From Thermodesulfobacteriota bacterium (GTDB taxonomy: Bacteria > Desulfobacterota > BSN033 > UBA1163), in contig JBDOIB010000407.1 in NCBI GenBank assembly GCA_041082155.1, positions 1 through 45,168 of the forward strand: a stretch of DNA of 45,168 bases, given 5' to 3'. Below the pieces are notes generated by a model. The model was given only the letters and a program-made list of their open reading frames with translations. It made no database searches and was not told the origin of the DNA. Both the position numbers and the translations under genes were made by a program. This document shows positions 26,762 through 35,109 of the stretch, in pieces (the stretch's first letter is position 1; each line of letters begins with the position of its first letter).

Positions 26762-28308
26762 AGGTCACCACTGCGGAACAAATGCAAGAGTTAGATCGAA
26801 AGGCCATCGAAATTTATCGAATCCCGGGGATCGTCCTGATGGAGAATGCTGGCAGGGGAGCCGCAGAAGAGATTCTAAAGGCCTTCCCTGAGATGAAGAA
26901 AAAAAGAGTCGCCATCATTTCAGGAAAAGGTAACAATGGAGGGGATGGGTTTGTCATTGCCCGATATCTGATGAACCGAGGAGTTTCGGTGAGGGTCTTT
27001 CTCCTCACTGAACCTAAGGCCTTACGGGGGGATGCAGAAACCAACTACTTCATCTTCCACCGGATGAAAGGAGAGGTGATCCCCGTTCCTTCCTCCAAGG
27101 AGTATCAAAAGGCAAAAAAAGAGATCGAAAAGGCAGATCTGTTGGTCGATGCCATTTTTGGAACGGGTCTGGATGCTGAAGTCAGGGGGTATTATCGTGA
27201 GGTGATTGATCACCTGAATACTCTTCAAAAACCTATCGTGGCGGTGGATATCCCTTCAGGATTGAGCGCAGATACTGGAAAGCCTCTTGGTACCGCCATT
27301 CGTGCCACCCTCACCCTGACCTTTGGCCTTCCTAAAATCGGTCTTCTCATTTCTCCCGGAGTCGAATATGTGGGTACGTTGAAGGTGATTGACATTGGAT
27401 TCCCTAATCGTCTGATAGAAGAGGAACAGATTCAAACCTACCTCATTGAAAAAGAGGAAATTTATAAATGGCTCTCCATTCCAAGACGGTTGGATACTCA
27501 TAAAGGCGATTATGGTCATCTCTTGGTGATCGCAGGATCTGTAGGAAAGACAGGAGCTGCGGCAATGGCCTGTGAAGCTGCGTTACGAATGGGGGCAGGG
27601 TTGGTCACCTTAGCGATCCCAAAGAGTTTAAATCCAATTATGGAGATGAAATTGACTGAGGTGATGACCGAACCCCTTCCTGAAACTCAGAAGCAGACGC
27701 TGAGCCTAAAGGCCTTTTCCCCTCTTCTTCGGCTTTGTGAAAACAAGAAGGCCGTTCTCATAGGGCCAGGAATTGGAACTCACCCGGAAACCCAAACCCT
27801 TATCCTTAAATTAATAAAAACACTCAATCTTCCTATGATCTTGGATGCAGACGGATTGAATGCCTTGGCCACTCAGGCTAAATTTCCCTCTTTAAATCAT
27901 CCTTTATTCATCCTTACTCCTCACCCTGGAGAGATGGCAAGGCTGATCCATTCGACGTCTAAAGAGGTCCAGGAAAACCGGATAGGGATAAGTCGGGCCT
28001 TCTCCACCTCCAATCGGGTCTACTTAGTTCTTAAAGGATTTAGAACCCTTATAGCCACTCCCACCGGGGATATCTATATCAATCCAACCGGGAATCCAGG
28101 ACTGGCGTCAGGAGGAACCGGGGATGTCCTTAGCGGAATGATTGGTGGTCTTATCTGCCAGGGGTTTGACCCTCTCTCTTCTCTTCAAGCGGCCGTCTAT
28201 CTTCATGGATTGGCAGGAGACGAGGTGGCTAAGGAAATGGGAGAGAAATCTCTGGTGGCTACAGATCTGATCAAGAAGATCCCTTCCCTCCTCCAGGGCG
28301 GGATTTAA
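26758..28308 (+). CDS. nnr: Bifunctional NAD(P)H-hydrate repair enzyme (epimerase + ADP-dependent dehydratase)
   Basis: The YjeF_N motif GKGNNGGDG and the YjeF_C motif GGTGDVLSG. 516 aa. Overlaps the acpS stop by 4 nt. Confidence 0.9.
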   Translation: MKVTTAEQMQELDRKAIEIYRIPGIVLMENAGRGAAEEILKAFPEMKKKRVAIISGKGNNGGDGFVIARYLMNRGVSVRVFLLTEPKALRGDAETNYFIFHRMKGEVIPVPSSKEYQKAKKEIEKADLLVDAIFGTGLDAEVRGYYREVIDHLNTLQKPIVAVDIPSGLSADTGKPLGTAIRATLTLTFGLPKIGLLISPGVEYVGTLKVIDIGFPNRLIEEEQIQTYLIEKEEIYKWLSIPRRLDTHKGDYGHLLVIAGSVGKTGAAAMACEAALRMGAGLVTLAIPKSLNPIMEMKLTEVMTEPLPETQKQTLSLKAFSPLLRLCENKKAVLIGPGIGTHPETQTLILKLIKTLNLPMILDADGLNALATQAKFPSLNHPLFILTPHPGEMARLIHSTSKEVQENRIGISRAFSTSNRVYLVLKGFRTLIATPTGDIYINPTGNPGLASGGTGDVLSGMIGGLICQGFDPLSSLQAAVYLHGLAGDEVAKEMGEKSLVATDLIKKIPSLLQGGI

Positions 28309-28320
28309 AAAGAGGCAGAT

Positions 28321-29466
28321 ATGAAGATGATCAAAGAACTCAAAAAGCTCGCCCGGATTGAAGAAGGACCCTATCCTTTCTGTTCTCTCTACCTCAATAC
28401 CAAATGGGAGGATGAACAGCAGCGTGAACGAATTAGACTCTTCACTAAGAATCAATTAAGAAAAGGAGCAGATCAACTGAAAGAAAGAGAAGATCTCCTC
28501 CGATATTATCTGGAAGACCAGAAACGAATTGAGAGATATGTAGAGGGGTTGATTCGGCAGAACATCGATGAGGGGATCAACGGGGTGGCCCTTTTTTCCT
28601 GTAGCGGGACCCGGACTTTTCTAACCTACCCCTCCATCATTCCTTATGAAAACGAATTCATTTTGGGAACTCTCCCTAGGCTCAAACCTTTAGTTCGTCT
28701 TATTTCACAATATCAAAATACATTGGCCGTCATGGTCGACACTGAATCGGCCAGGCTCATCGAAATCTCTTTGGAAGGATTAGTTGCAGAATTATCTATT
28801 GAAAGCTATGTCCCCGGGCGTCATGACCAAGGAGGATGGGCTCAGCGGAGATACCAACGCCATATTAAAGATCATATGGATAAACACCATAAGGAGGTGG
28901 CAGAACAACTGACTAATCTTTTCGATTCTGGAAATTGGAAAAGGATCGTTCTGATCGGTCAAGATCGAATTCTATCCAATTTCAAACATTTCCTTCCCGA
29001 AAGAGTCAGGACTCATATTGTAGATGTCTTCTCTGCGGAGCTTACAGAAGATCGATCCAAACTCTTAAAGAAGATTTTTGATCGCCTTTTCTTAAAAGAA
29101 AAAGAAGAGATCTCCCAACAGATTCGAGAGCTCAGGGAAAGAAACCCTCATGGAGGACTGGCCACCTTTGGTTTAAGCCCCACCCTGGAAGCCTTAAATC
29201 AGGGTCAGATTCAAACCCTCTTCCTCCTCAATTCCTTTACCTTAAAGGGAGGGAAGTGTCAGAACTGCGGAATCCTCACCTCAGTGAGGAACGGAGATCA
29301 GACTCCTCCCCCCTGCCCTTTATGCAAGGGAAACATTAAGATTGTTCTTCTTGAAGAGGAGATGATGCGATCGGTCCTCCGTCAAGACGGAGAGGTGAAA
29401 TGGATCGATGAAGATCCCATTTTAAAGGAATTCGAGGGAGTCGGAGCTTCCTTGCGATTCCGTTAA
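28321..29466 (+). CDS. eRF1/Pelota-like (bacterial 'baeRF'/Vms1-related class) protein with a C-terminal zinc ribbon; GGQ position reads GGW
   Basis: 381 aa. VPGRHDQGGWAQRRYQRHIKDHMDKHHKEVAEQL parallels the eRF1 GGQ-loop context (HGRGGQSALRFARLR.EKRHNY.RKVAE, from memory). CQNCG...CPLCKG at residues 313-335. AAGAGG RBS. Confidence 0.7.
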   Translation: MKMIKELKKLARIEEGPYPFCSLYLNTKWEDEQQRERIRLFTKNQLRKGADQLKEREDLLRYYLEDQKRIERYVEGLIRQNIDEGINGVALFSCSGTRTFLTYPSIIPYENEFILGTLPRLKPLVRLISQYQNTLAVMVDTESARLIEISLEGLVAELSIESYVPGRHDQGGWAQRRYQRHIKDHMDKHHKEVAEQLTNLFDSGNWKRIVLIGQDRILSNFKHFLPERVRTHIVDVFSAELTEDRSKLLKKIFDRLFLKEKEEISQQIRELRERNPHGGLATFGLSPTLEALNQGQIQTLFLLNSFTLKGGKCQNCGILTSVRNGDQTPPPCPLCKGNIKIVLLEEEMMRSVLRQDGEVKWIDEDPILKEFEGVGASLRFR

Positions 29467-29484
29467 AAAGAAAGGAGTAAACGG

Positions 29485-29958
29485 ATGTTAATTGAAATGA
29501 AAGTTAAATTTTTAACCTTCGACTCCACGACCAATGGGTTTGTCGTCCTCTTGATGGATCTGGCCAACAAAACCGGGCTCCCGATTTGGATCGGACCGTT
29601 TGAAGCCAATGCGATTGCCATGAAGCTTAAAAAGATCGATTCTCAGCGTCCGATGACTCACGATCTCATCCACAGCATCCTGAAGCAACTGGACTCTCAG
29701 GTGATGAAAGTGGTGGTCAATGATCTGAAGGAAAATACCTATTATGCCCTGATCTATCTTAACCGAAAGGGAGAAGAAATCGTCATTGACTCGCGTCCCA
29801 GCGATGCGATTGCAATCGCCCTTGCCGTGGATGCACCCATCTTTGTTTCGGAGCATGTGATTGAAAAGGCACGAACCATTGATATGGAGAAAGAGGAGGA
29901 CCAACTCAAAGAATGGTTGGAGAATCTTAATCCGGATGATTTTAAATATAAAGCCTAA
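29485..29958 (+). CDS. Bifunctional nuclease (BFN / DUF151) family protein
   Basis: 157 aa. LPIWIGPFEANAIAMKL, RPMTHDL and RPSDAIAIAL are characteristic of the family. AAGGAG RBS. Starts 18 nt after the eRF1-like gene. Confidence 0.8.
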   Translation: MLIEMKVKFLTFDSTTNGFVVLLMDLANKTGLPIWIGPFEANAIAMKLKKIDSQRPMTHDLIHSILKQLDSQVMKVVVNDLKENTYYALIYLNRKGEEIVIDSRPSDAIAIALAVDAPIFVSEHVIEKARTIDMEKEEDQLKEWLENLNPDDFKYKA

Positions 29959-30038
29959 GGAAGAGAGCAAAACTCTCCTCACACCACTCAAAGAGAATGG
30001 GTTGATGAGAAGGGTGAGGAATACCAGGAATTTAAGAG

Positions 30039-30521
30039 TTGATAGTTTGTTCGAAGAGTCCATCTGAGACCAGCCGATTGGGAAGAAGGATAGGAAAGCT
30101 TCTTCGATCAGGAGATGTCGTCGCTTTAGTAGGGGAATTAGGGACTGGAAAAACACAGTTGATCAAAGGATTGGCTTCAGGAATAGGGGTAAAAAAGGGT
30201 TCATATCTTACAAGCCCCTCTTTTGTGTTGGTGAATGAATATAGGGGAAAGATCCCTTTTTATCATATCGATCTTTTTCGATTGAAGGAGGAGAGGGAGG
30301 TGGAAGGATTAGGACTGGAAGAATATTTCCAGGGAAATGGAATTGCAGCGATCGAATGGGCGGATAAAATCCCATCGTCGCTTCCTGGGGAACTTTTATG
30401 GATCTATCTATATTATACAGGAAAACAAACTCGCTCCATCGAATTGATCCCAAAAGGAAAAAGGTATGAAGAACTTCTGAAAATTCTCGGTTCAGAGTTG
30501 GGGGTTAGGGGGTCGGAATAA
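30039..30521 (+). CDS. tsaE: tRNA t6A37 biosynthesis ATPase TsaE
   Basis: SETSRLGRRIGKLLRSGDVVALVGELGTGKT, followed by YHIDLFRL. TTG start as in the ORF track. Confidence 0.85.
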   Translation: MIVCSKSPSETSRLGRRIGKLLRSGDVVALVGELGTGKTQLIKGLASGIGVKKGSYLTSPSFVLVNEYRGKIPFYHIDLFRLKEEREVEGLGLEEYFQGNGIAAIEWADKIPSSLPGELLWIYLYYTGKQTRSIELIPKGKRYEELLKILGSELGVRGSE

Positions 30522-30587
30522 AAGACGAAATCAAAGCTCCGTACGACGAACTCTCCTACTCCGAAGTCTCACAAGGGGAGGTTGTTT

Positions 30588-31826
30588 ATGGCATTGATTG
30601 TTCAAAAATATGGTGGAACCTCGGTGGGGGATCTTCAACGCATTAAAAATGTGGCTCAACGAGTCATCCGAACTAAAAAGGAAGGACATCAGGTCGTGGT
30701 CGTCGTTTCAGCGATGGCTGGAGAAACAGATAAGTTAATCCGGATGGCTCAAGAAATCACCCCCACTCCGGATGAAAGAGAGCTGGATGTCCTTATTTCC
30801 ACAGGAGAACAGGTCTCCATCGCCCTGTTGGCCATCACTCTTAAGTCGATGGGATGCGATGCCAAATCCTATCTCGGGTTTCAAATTAAGATTGCCACGG
30901 ATAGTGCCTTTGGAAAGGCTCGAATCACTGGAATCGAATCCGAAAGGATTTTTGAGGATTTAAAGGAAGGACGAGTGGTCGTTGTAGCTGGATTTCAAGG
31001 GGTTGATGAAGAAGGCAATATTACCACTTTAGGTCGAGGGGGATCCGATACCACAGCCGTGGCGATCGCTGCGGCATTAAAAGCAGACGTGTGTGAGATT
31101 TACACGGATGTGGATGGAATCTACACGACTGATCCCAATATCTATCCAAAGGCAAGGAAGCTGGCGAAAATCTCCTATGATGAGATGCTCGAGATGGCCA
31201 GCCTTGGAGCAAAAGTTCTTCAGATCCGCTCCGTGGAGTTTGCCAAAAAATATAATGTGCCCATTCATGTCAGATCATCGTTCCATGATCATCCTGGAAC
31301 CATCGTTTGTAAGGAGGAAGAAGAAATGGAAAGGGTAGTCGTATCAGGAGTCACTTATAATAAAAACGAAGCAAAGATTGAGGTGATGAGGGTTCCTGAT
31401 GTTCCCGGAGTAGCGGCTAAATTATTTAAACCCATTGCCGAAGCGAACATCGTGGTCGATATGATCATTCAGACTTCAAGTGCGGATAAAGGATATGCCG
31501 ATGTGGCCTTTACTGTCCCAAAACCCGACTTTCCCAAGGCTCTTCAGATTATCAAAGAAACCATCAAAGAGATTGGTGGGAAAGAAGTGCTCTCGGATGA
31601 AAATATTGCTAAAGTCTCCATTGTGGGAGTAGGAATGAGAAGTCACTCCAATGTCGCCTCTCAGATGTTTTCTGCCTTAGCGAAGGAAGGCATCAACATC
31701 CAGATGATCTCTACTTCAGAAATCAAGATCTCTTGTATCATTGATTCTAAATATACCGAATTGGCCGTTCGGGCTCTTCACGATGCCTTTGAACTCGATA
31801 AACCGACCATCACCGAAGAGAAATAA
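30588..31826 (+). CDS. lysC: Aspartate kinase (monofunctional, two ACT domains)
   Basis: [15 protein letters not shown] with GGGGAGG 7 nt upstream of ATG 30588. GRGGSDTTA motif. Confidence 0.95.
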   Translation: MALIVQKYGGTSVGDLQRIKNVAQRVIRTKKEGHQVVVVVSAMAGETDKLIRMAQEITPTPDERELDVLISTGEQVSIALLAITLKSMGCDAKSYLGFQIKIATDSAFGKARITGIESERIFEDLKEGRVVVVAGFQGVDEEGNITTLGRGGSDTTAVAIAAALKADVCEIYTDVDGIYTTDPNIYPKARKLAKISYDEMLEMASLGAKVLQIRSVEFAKKYNVPIHVRSSFHDHPGTIVCKEEEEMERVVVSGVTYNKNEAKIEVMRVPDVPGVAAKLFKPIAEANIVVDMIIQTSSADKGYADVAFTVPKPDFPKALQIIKETIKEIGGKEVLSDENIAKVSIVGVGMRSHSNVASQMFSALAKEGINIQMISTSEIKISCIIDSKYTELAVRALHDAFELDKPTITEEK

Positions 31827-31827
31827 A

Positions 31828-33396
31828 ATGGGTGCTCTTAAAATCTATGACACGACTCTCCGGGATGGGTCTCAAGGAGAAGACATTGCCTTCACGGTGG
31901 AGGATAAGATTCGGATCGCCCAAAAACTCGATGAGTTGGGGATCCATTATATCGAAGGGGGTTGGCCAGGTTCAAATCCGAAAGACCTTCAATTCTTCCA
32001 GGAAGTCAAATCGATTCCCCTTCATCAGGCCCGGATGGTAGCTTTTGGAAGTACCTGTCGGCCAGGCCTCTCTCCCAAAGAAGATCAAAATCTTCAATCC
32101 CTTCTCGAAGCTCAAACCCGAGTCGTGACTATCTTCGGAAAGACATGGGATAAACATGTTCTCGAAGCCCTCGAGATTCCTCTCGAGGCAAATCTTGAAA
32201 TGATTGACCAATCCATTCGATTTCTGAAACAGTGGGTCCCTGAGGTCCTCTTTGATGCTGAACACTTCTTTGATGGATTTAAAAATAACCCTCTCTACGC
32301 CCTCAAAACTCTTCAGACGGCAGAGAATGCGGGAGCAGACTGGATCGTTTTGTGCGATACCAACGGAGGGACCCTTCCCTATGAACTCCTTCCCATCATT
32401 CAAGAGGTGAAGAAAAAGATCAAAACCCCCTTAGGAATTCATGTCCATAACGATACGGAAATGGCTGTTGCCAATACCATTCTTTCCGTTCGGGAGGGAA
32501 TCTCCCTTATTCAGGGAACAATAAATGGATATGGTGAAAGATGTGGAAATGCGAATCTCTGCTCCATCCTCCCTACTTTAAAATTAAAGATGGGAATGGA
32601 TTGTATCACAGACGAACAACTTAAAAAAATCACCGAGGTCTCTCGTTTTGTATCAGAATTAGCCAATCTTCCTCATTCCAAAAACCTTCCTTATGTGGGA
32701 GACAGTGCCTTTGCCCATAAAGGAGGAATTCATGTCAGTGCAGTCCGTAAAAATGCAAGCACCTATGAACATATTCCTCCTGAAAAAGTGGGAAACAGAC
32801 AGAGAGTCCTGATCTCAGATCTTTCAGGGGAATCAAACATTCTCTATAAAGCAATGGAATTTGGAATTGATTTGGAAAGCAAGGAACCAAGGGTAAGGAA
32901 GATTTTAGAGCATTTAAAAAGATTGGAGCACGAAGGGTTTCAATTTGAGGCCGCTGAAGGCTCCTTTGAACTCCTCATGAAAAAGGCTTTAGGACAACAT
33001 AAGAAATTCTTTGAGCTTTTAGGATTTCGGGTGATCGTGGAAAAGAAGGAAGAAGGGGCTCCTCCCTTCTCTGAGGCCACGATTATGGTGCGGGTGGGGG
33101 ATCGGATTGAGCATACAGCCGCTGTTGGAAATGGACCGGTCAATGCCCTGGATCATGCGATTCGAAAAGCACTGGAAAAATTTTATCCCGAGCTTCGTTC
33201 CGTCAAACTTCTCGATTATAAGGTTCGGATTCTCTCCACCAAAGAGGGAACTGCAGCCCGCACCAGAGTATTGATTGAGTCTGGAGACGGTACTTCTGTT
33301 TGGGGGACAGTAGGAGTCTCGGAAAATATCATTGAGGCGAGCTGGCAGGCCTTGGTGGATTCCATCGACTATAAACTCTTAAAAGAAGAAAGTTAA
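31828..33396 (+). CDS. cimA: (R)-citramalate synthase (LeuA/CimA family, CimA-type)
   Basis: [53 protein letters not shown] closely resembles Geobacter-type CimA from memory. The ATG at 31828 comes 1 nt after the lysC stop, and the earlier track start lies inside lysC. Confidence 0.85.
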   Translation: MGALKIYDTTLRDGSQGEDIAFTVEDKIRIAQKLDELGIHYIEGGWPGSNPKDLQFFQEVKSIPLHQARMVAFGSTCRPGLSPKEDQNLQSLLEAQTRVVTIFGKTWDKHVLEALEIPLEANLEMIDQSIRFLKQWVPEVLFDAEHFFDGFKNNPLYALKTLQTAENAGADWIVLCDTNGGTLPYELLPIIQEVKKKIKTPLGIHVHNDTEMAVANTILSVREGISLIQGTINGYGERCGNANLCSILPTLKLKMGMDCITDEQLKKITEVSRFVSELANLPHSKNLPYVGDSAFAHKGGIHVSAVRKNASTYEHIPPEKVGNRQRVLISDLSGESNILYKAMEFGIDLESKEPRVRKILEHLKRLEHEGFQFEAAEGSFELLMKKALGQHKKFFELLGFRVIVEKKEEGAPPFSEATIMVRVGDRIEHTAAVGNGPVNALDHAIRKALEKFYPELRSVKLLDYKVRILSTKEGTAARTRVLIESGDGTSVWGTVGVSENIIEASWQALVDSIDYKLLKEES

Positions 33397-33397
33397 A

Positions 33398-33955
33398 TTG
33401 AAATATTTTTCCCTGAGTCAGCAATGGATCCTTTGGAGTATATCTTTTTTTGCCCTTCTTCTGCTTTATCTCAAATTCTTTTATCATCCCTCCCCTCCTC
33501 CCCAACCCAATGAACATGAGGTGGTGATTGAAATTGAAGGGGAGATTCAAAAGCCGGGGATCTATTTGTTTAAGGAGCCACCCACCTTAAAAGAAGCCAT
33601 CGAAAGGGCAGGAGGGTTCAAAGAGACGATTCAATTTACAGAGGAATTCTCTTCTGAGAGATTAAACACAGGGACTCAGATTACCATCGAAAAAAGATCC
33701 CCCGAGCAGATCCATATTAAAATAGGAAGAATGGGGGCTCATCAACTTTTAGTCTTCTTCATTCCCTTGAACCTCAACCAAGTCTCTTTTGATGAGCTGT
33801 TGTTAATCCCAGGGATCGGGGAATCCTTATCTCAGGAAATCATCGCCTATCGACAAAAACGGAAAGGATTCCGATCCATTGAGGAGCTCAAAGAGATTAA
33901 GGGAATCGGAGAGGCAAAATTCCAATCGATTAAAGGCTATTTTACTGTGGAGTGA
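33398..33955 (+). CDS. comEA: ComEA-like DNA-binding protein (membrane anchor + SLBB-like + helix-hairpin-helix)
   Basis: N-terminal TM helix and a C-terminal LLLIPGIGESLSQEIIAYR...LKEIKGIGEAKF double HhH. TTG start. Confidence 0.75.
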   Translation: MKYFSLSQQWILWSISFFALLLLYLKFFYHPSPPPQPNEHEVVIEIEGEIQKPGIYLFKEPPTLKEAIERAGGFKETIQFTEEFSSERLNTGTQITIEKRSPEQIHIKIGRMGAHQLLVFFIPLNLNQVSFDELLLIPGIGESLSQEIIAYRQKRKGFRSIEELKEIKGIGEAKFQSIKGYFTVE

Positions 33956-33962
33956 GGGACCC

Positions 33963-35057
33963 ATGAGAGAAAGAATGAGAATTGCTATTCTTACGGGTGG
34001 TGGGGATTGTCCAGGGATCAATGCGGTGATTCGCGCTGTGGCCAAAAAGGCCATCCTCGAGGAGGATGCGGAGGTCATAGGGATTGAGGATGGTTATCAT
34101 GGAATGGTAGAGAATCGGTATCGGGTGCTCCAATATGAAGATGTTTCAGGAATTCTGACCCAGGGGGGCACCATTCTGGGAACTTCCAAGATAGCCAATC
34201 CTTATCGATATCCCATTAAAAAAGGAGATCAATTGGAGTTCAAAGATCTCTCTAAGGTGGCTATAAAAAATCTGATGGATCTTAAAATAAAGGCCCTCAT
34301 CTGTATAGGGGGAGATGGTACATTGGGGATTGCTTATAAACTTTTTAGGGACGGAGTCCCAGTGATTGGAGTTCCCAAAACCATCGATAATGATCTCAGG
34401 GGAACCGAGATCACCTTTGGATTCGACTCGGCCCTCTCCATCGCTACAGAAGGAATCGATCGCATTCATACGACCGCCCAGTCTCATCATCGGGTCATGA
34501 TTGTGGAGGTCATGGGGCATCGAGCAGGATGGATAGCTCTCTATTCAGGGATTGCGGGAGGAGGGGATATTCTCCTTATTCCTGAAATTCCCTATGACAT
34601 AGAAGTGGTGAGCGAAAAAGTAAAAGAAAGAAATAAAAAAGGAAAGAGATTTAGTATCCTGGTGGTGGCAGAAGGAGCAAAACCCAAAGGGGGAGAGATC
34701 ATCATTCAGAGAATTGTTAAAGAAAGCTCTGATCCCATTCGACTTGGAGGAATAGGTTTTGTGCTCGGGCGACAGATAGAAGAGCTTACCGGGCTGGAGA
34801 CGAGAACAGTGGTCATGGGACATCTTCTTCGAGGGGGAACTCCTACCGCCTTTGACCGAGTGTTGGCCACCCGGCTGGGTGCAAGATCAATGGACATGGT
34901 GAGAGAGAAAAAATTTGGCTATATGGTTGGGGTGAAGGGAGAAGACCTGATCGATGTCCCCTTAAAAGAAGTAGCCAAGGGACCAAGGACGGTCCCTCTC
35001 AATCACCCTCTTCTTAAGGTGGCCCGTTCGGTTGGAACCTCTTTTGGAAATGAATGA
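33963..35057 (+). CDS. pfkA: 6-phosphofructokinase (ATP-type GGDG motif)
   Basis: MRIAILTGGGDCPGINAVIRAV, CIGGDGTLG and VPKTIDNDL. The start is either ATG 33963 or ATG 33975. Confidence 0.9.
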   Translation: MRERMRIAILTGGGDCPGINAVIRAVAKKAILEEDAEVIGIEDGYHGMVENRYRVLQYEDVSGILTQGGTILGTSKIANPYRYPIKKGDQLEFKDLSKVAIKNLMDLKIKALICIGGDGTLGIAYKLFRDGVPVIGVPKTIDNDLRGTEITFGFDSALSIATEGIDRIHTTAQSHHRVMIVEVMGHRAGWIALYSGIAGGGDILLIPEIPYDIEVVSEKVKERNKKGKRFSILVVAEGAKPKGGEIIIQRIVKESSDPIRLGGIGFVLGRQIEELTGLETRTVVMGHLLRGGTPTAFDRVLATRLGARSMDMVREKKFGYMVGVKGEDLIDVPLKEVAKGPRTVPLNHPLLKVARSVGTSFGNE

Positions 35058-35109
35058 CTTTGTGACAATGGATTGAAAGAAGAGAAACAACCATTTCTCC
35101 GGGTAAAGA

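Noticed and set aside
29512-30156. 214-aa ORF on the minus strand
   Set aside because: It is fully antisense to the well-supported bifunctional nuclease and tsaE genes. It has no recognisable motifs and a low-complexity composition, so it is a shadow ORF.
30522-30587. Possible lysine riboswitch upstream of lysC
   Set aside because: The intergenic space is only 66 nt, far shorter than an L-box aptamer plus expression platform, and I saw no matching conserved helices.
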